Assembly: GCA_902801515.1 (NCBI GenBank)
Contig: CADCII010000020.1
Span: 2,097 to 66,096 of the forward strand
Reading direction: 5' to 3'
DNA length: 64,000 bases
From: an uncultured Lachnospiraceae bacterium
Lineage (GTDB): Bacteria > Bacillota > Clostridia > Lachnospirales > Lachnospiraceae
The position numbers and the translations under genes were made by a program. Of the stretch, positions 18,286 to 27,242 are shown piece after piece. The notes beneath the pieces were generated by a model, which saw nothing but the letters and a program-made list of their open reading frames with translations, had not been told where the DNA came from and did no database searches. How positions within the stretch are numbered: position 1 is the first letter of the stretch; every line of letters begins with the position of its first letter.

Positions 18286-19083
18286 ATGGAAATAAGAGAC
18301 AGCAGGATAGATTCCGGGAAAGCATTTGACTGGGGCCGGACATCGGAAGATTATGCAAAATACAGAGATATCTATCCGGAAGAATTCTATAAGAAGATCG
18401 TGGAGAGAGGCCTCTGCCTTGAAGGACAGAATGTTCTGGATCTTGGGACGGGCACCGGCGTGCTGCCGCGGAATATGTACCGGTATGGGGCGCACTGGAC
18501 AGGCACAGATATATCTCCTGAACAGATCGAACAGGCAAGAAACCTGGCGGACGCCGCAGGCATGAAGATATCTTTTCAGGCAGTCCCTGCAGAAAAAACA
18601 GACTTTCCGGACGGAAGCTTTGACGTGATCACGGCGTGCCAGTGCTTCTGGTATTTTGACCATGAAAAAGTAATTCCGAAGTTGTATGACCTGCTGAAAC
18701 CAGACGGCAGACTGCTTATTCTCTACATGGCTTGGCTTCCGTACGAAGATCCCATAGCCGGAAAAAGTGAAGAACTGGTATTGAGATACAACCCCGGCTG
18801 GTCAGGTGCCGGAGAGACAAGACATCCGATCTGGATACCGGATGTGGCATACAAATATTTTGAAACAGAAGATCATGAAGAATACGACCTGAGAGTTCAC
18901 TTCACAAAAAACACCTGGCATGGCCGGATGAAAGCGTGCCGCGGCGTAGGGGCATCGCTGTCGGAGAACGAGCTTCAAAAATGGGACGCAGAACACCGCA
19001 AACTCCTGGACGAGATCGCACCCGAAGAATTTGACGTGCTGCATTACGCCGCACTGGCAGTACTTCGCAAAAAAACGGAATAA
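18286..19083 (+). CDS. Class I SAM-dependent methyltransferase
   Basis: VLDLGTGTGVLPRNM is motif I. FDVITACQCFWYF and LKPDGRLLI are also present. The preferred start is MEIRDSRID. Confidence 0.8.
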   Translation: MEIRDSRIDSGKAFDWGRTSEDYAKYRDIYPEEFYKKIVERGLCLEGQNVLDLGTGTGVLPRNMYRYGAHWTGTDISPEQIEQARNLADAAGMKISFQAVPAEKTDFPDGSFDVITACQCFWYFDHEKVIPKLYDLLKPDGRLLILYMAWLPYEDPIAGKSEELVLRYNPGWSGAGETRHPIWIPDVAYKYFETEDHEEYDLRVHFTKNTWHGRMKACRGVGASLSENELQKWDAEHRKLLDEIAPEEFDVLHYAALAVLRKKTE

Positions 19084-19084
19084 G

Positions 19085-19175
19085 ATGAACAGGTGCCTGC
19101 TGAACAAGTGCCTGTCACTTGTTCTTGAACAGGTGCCTGTCACTCGTTCTTGAACAGGTGCCTGTCACTTGTTCA
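19085..19175 (+). repeat. Tandem array (3.6 units, 25-bp period) of a palindromic REP-like element, loop orientation CCTGT
   Basis: The full units are TGAACAAGTGCCTGTCACTTGTTCT (19101-19125), TGAACAGGTGCCTGTCACTCGTTCT (19126-19150) and TGAACAGGTGCCTGTCACTTGTTCA (19151-19175). A partial unit lies at 19085-19100. In each unit GAACAAGTG pairs with CACTTGTTC. Confidence 0.9.
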
Positions 19176-19203
19176 CATTCACTGTTGTAATTGACATGGG
19201 GGA

Positions 19204-20100
19204 ATGGCGGATATGCATTATGTTAATGCCAGGGGGATCCTTACCAATACCGGCGGATACTGCGGGATGAATATCTACCGCGGGTGTTCCCACGGATGCA
19301 TATACTGCGACAGCAGGAGTAAATGTTACCGCTTTACACACCCGTTCGAGGACATCGAAGTTAAACAGAATGCGCCGGAACTGCTGGAGACAGCACTTCG
19401 CTCAAAGCGTAGGAAATGCATGATCGGAACAGGCTCCATGTCTGACCCGTATATGCACTGTGAGGAAAAACTCTGTCTGACAAAAAGATGCCTGGAGATT
19501 ATCCTGAAGTACGGATTCGGAGCGGCGGTCCAGACCAAGTCCGACCGGATCCTCAGGGATATCGATCTTCTGGATGAGATAAATAAGCAGGCAAAATGTG
19601 TAGTGCAGCTGACCTTGACCACATATGATGACCGCCTGTGCAGGATCATAGAACCTGATGTCTGCAATACGAGAAGACGAATCGAAGTCCTGGAACAGAT
19701 GCAGCGGCGGGATATTCCCACCATCGTGTGGCTTACGCCAATCCTTCCATTTATCAATGACACGGAAGAAAACATCCGCACCATCCTGGAAGCGTGTGTC
19801 CGCACAGGCGTTAAAGGGATCATTTGCTATGACATGGGTCTGACCCTCAGGGACGGTGACCGCGAATACTACTATGCCGCTCTGGACAGACACTTCCCGG
19901 GACTGACCCGGAAGTACATTGAGACATACGGTAATTCCTACGAACTGCCAAGCCCGCATTCCTCGGAACTGATGGCACTGTTCAAAGATATCTGTTCACA
20001 AAACAACATCCTCAGCACACCACAGGAATGCTTCGCATATCTGCAGGAACTGCCGGAAAAGAATCAGCAGCTGAGCATGTTCGACTATTTGCACAAGTGA
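19204..20100 (+). CDS. Radical SAM protein of the SPL / Rv2578c (DNA-photolyase-like SplB) group
   Basis: YRGCSHGCIYCDSR contains the CxxxCxxC motif, and the overall length is about 300 aa. The start could instead be the second ATG at 19213, which is better spaced from GGGGGA. Confidence 0.8.
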   Translation: MADMHYVNARGILTNTGGYCGMNIYRGCSHGCIYCDSRSKCYRFTHPFEDIEVKQNAPELLETALRSKRRKCMIGTGSMSDPYMHCEEKLCLTKRCLEIILKYGFGAAVQTKSDRILRDIDLLDEINKQAKCVVQLTLTTYDDRLCRIIEPDVCNTRRRIEVLEQMQRRDIPTIVWLTPILPFINDTEENIRTILEACVRTGVKGIICYDMGLTLRDGDREYYYAALDRHFPGLTRKYIETYGNSYELPSPHSSELMALFKDICSQNNILSTPQECFAYLQELPEKNQQLSMFDYLHK

Positions 20101-20152
20101 CTGCACAAGTGACAGGCACTTGTTCTTAAACGAGTGACAGGCACTTGTTCAC
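20091..20152 (-). repeat. REP-like element array (2 full units plus 1 partial), inverted loop orientation ACAGG
   Basis: The sequence reads GCACAAGTGACT (partial unit, containing the radical-SAM stop codon), then GCACAAGTGACAGGCACTTGTTCT, then TAAACGAGTGACAGGCACTTGTTCAC. Confidence 0.9.
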
Positions 20153-20167
20153 GCAAGGGGGTTAAAA

Positions 20168-20860
20168 ATGAGTGAAATTCGTAAAGAGATCAGGGATGAG
20201 CTGTTTAACCTGCAGGATCCTGAATACCGGGATTTCCAGGGGAAACTGATCCCCTCGCAGGAGGGCGTGTCCATGATCGGTGTGAGAACGCCGGAACTTC
20301 GCAGGATGGCTAAGATGTTTGCGGGAAGGGAGAATATCTCAGAGTTCCTGGATGATCTTCCGCATCAGTATTTCGATGAGAATCAGCTTCATGCGTTTAT
20401 CATCTCCGGCATCAAAGATTATGAGAAATGTATCGGGGAGGTCGTCCGTTTTCTCCCGTATGTTGATAACTGGGCAACCTGTGACCAGATGTCGCCGAAG
20501 GTGTTCGGGAAGCATCGGCAGGAAGTGGCAGAGCTTGCCGGAGTATGGATCCGTTCAGAGCATACTTATACGGTCCGGTTCGGAATCAAGATGCTGATGG
20601 AACATTTCCTGAATGAGGACTTTGATCTGATGTATCCGGAGATGGTCGCCCAGGTCAGGTCAGAGGAGTACTATATCCGGATGATGGTCGCGTGGTATTT
20701 CGCGACTGCCCTTGCCAAGCAGTATGACGCGGCGCTGCCGTTTATTGAAAACAGACGGCTCGATTCCTGGACGCATAATAAAACGATCCAGAAAGCAGTG
20801 GAGAGCTACCGCGTCACACCTGAACATAAAGAATATCTGAAGAGTCTGAAAATAAAATAA
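20168..20860 (+). CDS. DNA alkylation repair protein (AlkD/AlkC-like HEAT-repeat family)
   Basis: LQDPEYRDFQGKLIP...MIGVRTPELRRMAK and DNWATCD are patterns typical of the DNA_alkylation family. The RBS is AAGGGGG. Confidence 0.75.
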   Translation: MSEIRKEIRDELFNLQDPEYRDFQGKLIPSQEGVSMIGVRTPELRRMAKMFAGRENISEFLDDLPHQYFDENQLHAFIISGIKDYEKCIGEVVRFLPYVDNWATCDQMSPKVFGKHRQEVAELAGVWIRSEHTYTVRFGIKMLMEHFLNEDFDLMYPEMVAQVRSEEYYIRMMVAWYFATALAKQYDAALPFIENRRLDSWTHNKTIQKAVESYRVTPEHKEYLKSLKIK

Positions 20861-20904
20861 CGTATAATAATATCGTCTCTTTTGGCCGGCTTTTGCACCC
20901 AGCC

Positions 20905-22125
20905 TTACGCCAGTGACTGCATGTACTGGTCCATGTCGTCAGCGATCTTCTTGGAAAGGCTTACCGCGCTGACGACGGTCCTGGCTCCGGTCACTACATC
21001 TCCGGATGCGAAGACTCCTTTCATAGTCGTCTCGCCCATCTCATTGGTCTTGAGCGTACCGCTCTTGTTCAGGGTCAGTTCATGGTCCCTCTTGACAAGG
21101 TTGTCCTGCGGTGTCTGTGAGATAGCGATGATCACGGTACTTGCGGGGAACAGTCTGGCGGTCTCTTCTTTGAGGGTTACGCCCTCATCTTCTGTTCCTT
21201 CGGTATCGCAGATAATCACGCCTTCATCTGTTATCTCTTTTGCCGTCTGATGATACTCAAATCGAACACCGTCGATCTGTGCATACTGCATCTCACGCCT
21301 GGATGCCAGTGCCCGCTCAGCCCGGACGAAAACTGTGACATTTTGAGACCCGTGCCGGATGGCTGTACGGGCGACGTCCATTGCAGCATTTCCTGCACCG
21401 ATGATCGCAACGTCATTTCCAAGCTTATAGACGTCAGGATTGTTCAGATAGTTGATAGCGTACTGGACATTTCCAAATGTCTCTCCGGGGATCTTCATAC
21501 GTCTCGGACGCCAGGCGCCGGTACCGATGAATACGGATTTGTATCCGTCATCAAGCAGGTCCTGCACACTTATATAGCTTCCGATCTGGAAGTTCGGGCG
21601 GAAGAGGATGCCGAGCTCTCTCATTTTATCCTGATAACGTTCCAGGTTCTTCTTGGGCAGGCGGAATTCCGGGATGCCATAGCGCATGACGCCGCCGATC
21701 CTGTCACGGCTGTCAAAGACAGTGATCTTATAACCCCGAAGAGCAAGGATGATAGAGATGGTGATGCCCGCGGGACCGGCTCCGATCACCGCAGCCTTCA
21801 TCCCGTTGAACGGCTTCTGGTCCATCTTCAGACGCTCGAAACAGGAGTCCGAGATATAGTTCTCGATGGCGGAGATATGGATCGGCGCTCCTTTCTTTCC
21901 GAGGATACAGTGCCCTTCGCACTGCTTTTCATGGTTGCACACAAGGGAGCAGATCATCGAGAGCGGGTTATTTTCAAACAGCATCTCCGCAGCTTCCAGA
22001 ATCTCCTTCTCCCTCAGCATACGGATCATTTCAGGGATATTGGTATGGATCGGGCATCCCTGCCGGCACTGCGGATTCTTGCATTGCAGGCAGCGTTTTG
22101 CTTCGTCCAGAACATGTAGAGCCAT
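20905..22125 (-). CDS. NAD(P)-dependent oxidoreductase, glutamate synthase small-subunit (GltD)-like
   Basis: The N-terminal Fe-S motif is CLQCKNPQCRQGCPIHTNIPEMI. Dinucleotide folds appear at AVIGAGPAGIT and VAIIGAGNAAMDVA. Confidence 0.8.
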   Translation of the reverse strand: MALHVLDEAKRCLQCKNPQCRQGCPIHTNIPEMIRMLREKEILEAAEMLFENNPLSMICSLVCNHEKQCEGHCILGKKGAPIHISAIENYISDSCFERLKMDQKPFNGMKAAVIGAGPAGITISIILALRGYKITVFDSRDRIGGVMRYGIPEFRLPKKNLERYQDKMRELGILFRPNFQIGSYISVQDLLDDGYKSVFIGTGAWRPRRMKIPGETFGNVQYAINYLNNPDVYKLGNDVAIIGAGNAAMDVARTAIRHGSQNVTVFVRAERALASRREMQYAQIDGVRFEYHQTAKEITDEGVIICDTEGTEDEGVTLKEETARLFPASTVIIAISQTPQDNLVKRDHELTLNKSGTLKTNEMGETTMKGVFASGDVVTGARTVVSAVSLSKKIADDMDQYMQSLA

Positions 22126-22383
22126 TATCGTATTCTCCTTGAGATATATTAATTCATCTGGTCAGACCGGGTTCTCTTCCGACCGGATCATGTTTAAACA
22201 TATTATAACACTCTTTGGAGAAAATGAACACAATATTAAGCTGCATGGATATCTTTACACATATCTTAATGTTTGACGCTGTTTTGAGCTATCCGGGTAG
22301 TGTATAATTAATCCTGTAGTAGAAATTTCGTGAGCCGGGCGGGATGCATACCGGTCCGGAGCAAAGGAGGTTGCCTCACTGAT

Positions 22384-23226
22384 ATGCTTTTTACCCGGTT
22401 ACCTGACAATGTAATCAGTGAATACAGAACGATACCGGCAGGACGAAAAAGGCTGGAACTTCTGATCGTCAGATCGGCATATGTCGATAAGTTAAACAAA
22501 CCGCCCTGCGTACTCTGGATGCACGGCGGCGGTTTCCTGCTCGGCAGGCCTGAGGTCCTGTACAAGTCAAGGGCGATCGATCTGGTCACCCGCTGCGGCG
22601 CGGTGGTAGTCTCACCTAGATATACGCTGTCCGTCCGGGCACCATATCCGCAGGCTGTTATAGAATGCCATCACGCACTGCTCTATATCCTGCGCCATGC
22701 AGAAGAACTGGGGATCAATAAAGACCAGATTATCGCAGGGGGAGAGAGCGCCGGGGGAGGCCTCGCTGCGGCACTGTGCATGTATGCGCTGGATCATCAT
22801 ACGGCAAACATCGCGTTCCAGCTTCCGCTCTACCCGATGATAGACTGTTATGACACCGACTCCTCCAGAGACAACCATGAGAGGGTATGGAATACCAGGA
22901 GAAATCATATAGCCTGGAGGATATATCTTCGGAATCTGAAAGGACGAAGAATACCTGTCTACGCATCACCGGCCAGGCGCAGAGACTTCAGAAATCTTCC
23001 GCCCTGCTATTCATTTGTAGGAGACATCGACCCCTTCCATGACGAGACCCTGACCTACATAGAAAACCTGAAGAAGGCAGGAGTTCCGGCAGAGGCGGAT
23101 GTGTATGAAGGCTTCTACCATGCCTATGACCGGATACAGTCACAGACCCCTGAAGCAAAGCGCGCAGCGGATGTGTTTGTCAGGAAGTTTCAGGAGTACT
23201 GCGAAAGATATACCGCTGAGAACTGA
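22384..23226 (+). CDS. Alpha/beta hydrolase (esterase/lipase, hormone-sensitive-lipase-like fold-3)
   Basis: HGGGF forms the oxyanion hole and GESAGG carries the nucleophile Ser. I prefer the ATG at 22384, which has an AGGAGG upstream, over the GTG at 22330. Confidence 0.8.
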   Translation: MLFTRLPDNVISEYRTIPAGRKRLELLIVRSAYVDKLNKPPCVLWMHGGGFLLGRPEVLYKSRAIDLVTRCGAVVVSPRYTLSVRAPYPQAVIECHHALLYILRHAEELGINKDQIIAGGESAGGGLAAALCMYALDHHTANIAFQLPLYPMIDCYDTDSSRDNHERVWNTRRNHIAWRIYLRNLKGRRIPVYASPARRRDFRNLPPCYSFVGDIDPFHDETLTYIENLKKAGVPAEADVYEGFYHAYDRIQSQTPEAKRAADVFVRKFQEYCERYTAEN

Positions 23227-23250
23227 GAAGTATTGTGAGAGTAAAAAACC

Positions 23251-23766
23251 GTGAGACTGTTTATAGCGATACAATTCAATAAAGAGATAACAGATTCGCT
23301 GGTGCAGCTGCAGGAAGACATGAAAACCCAGGGCGTCCAGGGCAATTACACAAAACCGGAAAACCTGCATCTGACCACAGCATTTATCGGAGAGTACGGC
23401 AATCCGGACGAAGTGATGAACGCACTCGAACAAGTTACGTTCGACCCATTTCCGATCAAACTGGATGGAGTGGGACAGTTCGGAGACATCTTCTGGGCCG
23501 GAACAGCGGACAGTGAAGAACTGAAAATCCTGGTAAAGCGCATACGCAGAGCACTGTCACAGCAGGAGATCCCCTTTGACAAGAAGAAATTCTCCCCGCA
23601 CATCACTCTGATCCGCCGGGCCTGGTACAGACACGGAGAAAAGATCCCCGTGTACAGAACACCCGAGACAGAGATGACAGTCACCTCCGTATCACTGATG
23701 AAATCCGAGCGCGGCAGACATGGGATGATCTACACCGAGATCGGCGCCATAGACTGCAGAGAATGA
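23251..23766 (+). CDS. thpR: RNA 2',3'-cyclic phosphodiesterase (2H family, LigT/ThpR)
   Basis: Two H-x-T/S-x motifs are present, HLTTAF and HITLIR, and the size of about 170 aa fits the family. The start is a GTG. Confidence 0.8.
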   Translation: MRLFIAIQFNKEITDSLVQLQEDMKTQGVQGNYTKPENLHLTTAFIGEYGNPDEVMNALEQVTFDPFPIKLDGVGQFGDIFWAGTADSEELKILVKRIRRALSQQEIPFDKKKFSPHITLIRRAWYRHGEKIPVYRTPETEMTVTSVSLMKSERGRHGMIYTEIGAIDCRE

Positions 23767-23788
23767 ACAAGTGCCTGTCACTTGTTCA
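23764..23788 (+). repeat. Single REP-like palindromic unit overlapping the thpR stop codon
   Basis: TGAACAAGTGCCTGTCACTTGTTCA is a perfect consensus unit. A partial arm, TTCTTGTTCAAC, follows it. Confidence 0.9.
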
Positions 23789-23987
23789 TTCTTGTTCAAC
23801 TCTGTAAATTTTGCATATTTTCCGTGGATGTTTTCGGAGCGTTTCGTATATTTTATCGAGTGGTACAGAAACCGGCGATTTTAATATAGAAAATGAAAAG
23901 AGTATATCGATCCGGAACTGATACGCATTTATCAAACGCATAGAATTGCAGAATATATCCTGATAGAACGAAGGAGGACATAATACT

Positions 23988-24917
23988 ATGAGAAAAATGA
24001 TGATTACAGCCGCGATGGCGGCAGCAGTTGCAATGGCGCTTTCTTTCGGAGCTATGGCTTCAGAGGATACAAAGGTTGAAGCGGGCGGACTTGTGTTCGA
24101 CATCCCGGCTGAGTTCAAGGATCTGGTGACGGTTGAGACGGAAGGTCTTGAGCCTGGCGAGCTGATCAGGGTATCTGAGACTGCGTCCATTGAGGCTGCA
24201 GAGGCAATGGGAGGAAACACGGACGGAGCAGGATGGCTGTTCAGCATCTCCGAGATCTCGGAGGATGCGCTTGGTAAGCTTCGCTGCGAGGATATGTCCG
24301 GCAGCCAGGTGTTCGCAGAGGATGAGGATGTCTACTATATGTTCAATCACCCGACAGATGTACGTCTGGAAAGAGAGTCGGCTGAAGAAATGGATGAGGC
24401 GATGAATCAGTGGAGCACTCTGAATGAATGGGTACATGCAGATGTCCGCAATGAGATCCTGGCAAACAATCCGCGTCTGGAAAAGGAAACCTGCAGCAAT
24501 ACCGACCTTGATATGTATCTTGCCCGCGCAAGATTCGATGGCAAGAAGTACAAGATCCGTTCCCTGGATATCGGAGAGATGGATCCGACCATCTACGATG
24601 AGGACGATTTCCTGGATGAGCTGACAGAGGATGTCATCTATGAGGTAGTCACGGATCTTCCGGATGAGGAGCGTCCGGACGGAGAATACATTGTCATGGC
24701 TTTCGATGACGATAATGTGAGATTCGACTTCTTTCTGGGTGAAGGCATGGAGAACTACATCCGCGAAGTAAGGACGATGGATGACGGAGAAGAGATTGAG
24801 ACTCTGTACAAGGCTGTCTTTGAGGATCCGGAAGACACTTCGACCGGGATCATGAAAGAGGCGATCGCTTCCATGGCTTTTACAGATGACGACGGCGACA
24901 TCGACATCGATGACTGA
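23988..24917 (+). CDS. Secreted, highly acidic hypothetical protein
   Basis: The signal peptide is MRKMMITAAMAAAVAMALSFGAMASE. The protein is rich in Asp and Glu and ends in DDDGDIDIDD. The RBS (GAAGGAGG) is good. Confidence 0.6.
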   Translation: MRKMMITAAMAAAVAMALSFGAMASEDTKVEAGGLVFDIPAEFKDLVTVETEGLEPGELIRVSETASIEAAEAMGGNTDGAGWLFSISEISEDALGKLRCEDMSGSQVFAEDEDVYYMFNHPTDVRLERESAEEMDEAMNQWSTLNEWVHADVRNEILANNPRLEKETCSNTDLDMYLARARFDGKKYKIRSLDIGEMDPTIYDEDDFLDELTEDVIYEVVTDLPDEERPDGEYIVMAFDDDNVRFDFFLGEGMENYIREVRTMDDGEEIETLYKAVFEDPEDTSTGIMKEAIASMAFTDDDGDIDIDD

Positions 24918-24973
24918 GATGAGTGTTAACCGGCAAAGCATTGATTAATCGAAAATAAAAGCAGCAATACTTA

Positions 24974-25015
24974 CATCCGGCGGGTGCGCAGACACTCGCC
25001 GGATGTTGCTTTTTG
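24974..25015 (+). terminator. Intrinsic terminator
   Basis: CATCCGGCG-(14 nt)-CGCCGGATG forms the stem, followed by TTGCTTTTT. Confidence 0.7.
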
Positions 25016-25088
25016 CCCTGCATCTGCTATCATTTATTCCTGAATACAGCAGCGCAGCTGCGTCAGGCGGAAAGGAAGTGCGATACAA

Positions 25089-25613
25089 GTGGACAGCAGC
25101 AAATATAAAGACGATTTTTCCGGGACCCAGGAGAAGTATGCCAGGATCACAAAGACACTGATAAGGGAAAATAAAACTGTCACCACCATGGAGAGCTGCA
25201 CTTCGGGTCTGATCGCGTCTCTGATCACGGATACCGAAGGTTCTTCGGCCGTTATGAAAGGTGCATTTATTACCTATTCAAATGAAGCCAAGATCATGCA
25301 GGGTATCCCGGAGGAGACAATTAAGTCCCATGGAGTATATTCCATTGAGACTGCATGCGCCATGGCTCAGCGGTGCAGGGAAGTCTACGGTGCGGATTAC
25401 GGCATCGGTGTGACCGGGAGTTTTGGCAATGCAGACCCGGCGAATGCAGACAGTGTTCCGGGAGAAGTCTTTTATGCTCTGACAGGACCGGAAGGGACCC
25501 GGCCTTATCACTGCACAGTTCCCGCCCAGCCTTCAAGATATGCATATAAAATGTATATGGCGGACCGGATCGCTGACTGTTTCCTGGAGATGCTGCAGGA
25601 TTGTTCCGGATGA
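25089..25613 (+). CDS. pncC: CinA-family nicotinamide-nucleotide amidohydrolase (PncC domain)
   Basis: TTMESCTSGLIASLITD matches the ESCTGG motif region, and the protein is about 170 aa. The start is a GTG. Confidence 0.75.
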   Translation: MDSSKYKDDFSGTQEKYARITKTLIRENKTVTTMESCTSGLIASLITDTEGSSAVMKGAFITYSNEAKIMQGIPEETIKSHGVYSIETACAMAQRCREVYGADYGIGVTGSFGNADPANADSVPGEVFYALTGPEGTRPYHCTVPAQPSRYAYKMYMADRIADCFLEMLQDCSG

Positions 25614-25739
25614 CTCAAATCTGTGGCAATATCCGCCAGCATAAGATACACTGAATCATAGTGGTTCCATATAGGAATGTGATGGAATACACACGAAGGA
25701 AGATGCGAAGAAAACCGCACGCACCAGCAGGTACATGAT

Positions 25740-27074
25740 ATGAATTATTATGAAGAATACAGGCATAAACTCCGCACGCCCGACGAGGCAGTGAAGGTGA
25801 TCAAGAGCGGGGACTGGGTGGATTATACGGTCGCACTCGGATTTCCTGCCCTGCTCGATGAGGCTCTGGCAAAGCGCCGGGATGAGCTGACGGACGTCAA
25901 GATCAGGGGCAATCTGATCTTCGGTCCCATCCAGGCGGCAGAATGCGACCCGAAGAGAGAGCATTTTATCTATAACAGCTGGCACTGCTCGGGATATGAG
26001 AGAAAACTGTCCGACCGCGGGCTGTGCAATTATATCCCCATGGTATTCCACAATGTAGTGCCCTACTACCGGCATTTTCTGCATGTCGACGTGGCCATGC
26101 TGGCAGTGACGCCCATGGACCGGCACGGGTATTTCAATCTTTCCTGCAATACCGGAACCTCCAAGGGAATCGCCGAGCAGGCGGATATTGTGATCGTTGA
26201 GATAAATGAGAACCTGCCGCGTGTCGCCGGCGGTTTTGACGACTGTATCCATATCTCCGAGGTGGATTATATCGTGGAGGGAGAGCACGGTCCTCTTCCC
26301 GAGGTTCCGGTAAATAAACCTTCCGAGACGGACCGTATGATCGCGGAGCATATCCTGCCTCATATCCAGGACGGCGCGACACTTCAGCTCGGGATCGGCG
26401 GCATGCCGACGATCCTCGGAAAGATGCTTGCCCAGACAGACCTGAAGGATCTCGGCATGCATACAGAACTGTGTACGGACGCTTATGTGGATCTGCATGA
26501 AGCAGGGAAACTGACCAATAAAAAGAAGAAGGTATTCCCGGGAAAGGGTGTTGCAGGTTTTGCGTTTGGGACAAAGAGGCTCTATGAGTGGCTGGATGAG
26601 AATCCCGGGCTTTCCTTCTGCCCGCTTGAATTTGTCAATGATCCTTCCGTCATAGGCAGGATCGACAATATGATCTCCATTAATGGATGCATAAGTGTCG
26701 ATCTGTACGGGCAGGTCTCTTCGGAGAGTTCCGGCATCCGGCAGATCAGCGGGACCGGCGGACAGCTGGACTTTCTGAACGGCGCTTCCACATCCAAGGG
26801 AGGCAAGGCGTTCCTGTGCCTTCCCTCTACCTATACAGACAAGAAGGGCGTAATGCATTCTAATGTATTGCCGTACTTTACCGGAGGAATCGTGACCTCG
26901 CCAAGGTCGCAGGTTTATTTCATCGTAACAGAGTACGGCGCGGTCAATCTGGAAGGAAGAACCACGTGGGAGAGAGCAGAAGCACTCATTTCCATAGCAC
27001 ATCCCGACTTCAGGGATGAACTGATCAAAGCAGCAGAAGCGCAGAGGATATGGATCCGTTCGAACAAAAGATGA
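25740..27074 (+). CDS. Acetyl-CoA hydrolase/transferase family enzyme, butyryl-CoA:acetate CoA-transferase-like
   Basis: The N-terminus contains [25 protein letters not shown]. Internal motifs include LQLGIGGMP and [10 protein letters not shown]. The C-terminus, [22 protein letters not shown], closely follows the pattern I remember for Roseburia-type But enzymes. Confidence 0.8.
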   Translation: MNYYEEYRHKLRTPDEAVKVIKSGDWVDYTVALGFPALLDEALAKRRDELTDVKIRGNLIFGPIQAAECDPKREHFIYNSWHCSGYERKLSDRGLCNYIPMVFHNVVPYYRHFLHVDVAMLAVTPMDRHGYFNLSCNTGTSKGIAEQADIVIVEINENLPRVAGGFDDCIHISEVDYIVEGEHGPLPEVPVNKPSETDRMIAEHILPHIQDGATLQLGIGGMPTILGKMLAQTDLKDLGMHTELCTDAYVDLHEAGKLTNKKKKVFPGKGVAGFAFGTKRLYEWLDENPGLSFCPLEFVNDPSVIGRIDNMISINGCISVDLYGQVSSESSGIRQISGTGGQLDFLNGASTSKGGKAFLCLPSTYTDKKGVMHSNVLPYFTGGIVTSPRSQVYFIVTEYGAVNLEGRTTWERAEALISIAHPDFRDELIKAAEAQRIWIRSNKR

Positions 27075-27242
27075 AGCATTCCGGCAGTAAGACAGGCCGT
27101 TTTTGCAGGTTTTCAGCAGGCATAAAGAGTCAGACTACCATTCTCAAACGTTTAGTAGTATAATACGAGAAGTTTTTCGCAATAAGCGATAATCCTAACT
27201 GCCAGCCGCAGTTTTCCGGCGCAGTTATTCTTGGGAGGGAAT

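Noticed and set aside
19085-19175. The tandem 25-bp repeats could be mistaken for a CRISPR array.
   Set aside because: The units are directly contiguous, with no spacers, and each is self-complementary. No cas genes are present. The same unit also occurs singly at other intergenic sites, so this is a REP-like tandem array rather than a CRISPR.
19101-19175. The GAAC...GTTC arms next to DNA-repair-type genes (SplB-like, AlkD-like) suggested LexA/DinR SOS (Cheo) boxes.
   Set aside because: The Cheo box is GAAC-N4-GTTC. Here the arms are separated by 15 nt, and the same element sits next to glmS, thpR and a P-type ATPase gene. A LexA operator reading is therefore not supported.
25656-27002. A 448-aa ORF antisense to the CoA-transferase gene.
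   Set aside because: This is a shadow ORF in GC-rich coding sequence. Its product is low-complexity and Arg/Cys/His-rich with no motifs, whereas the opposite strand encodes a clearly recognisable enzyme.
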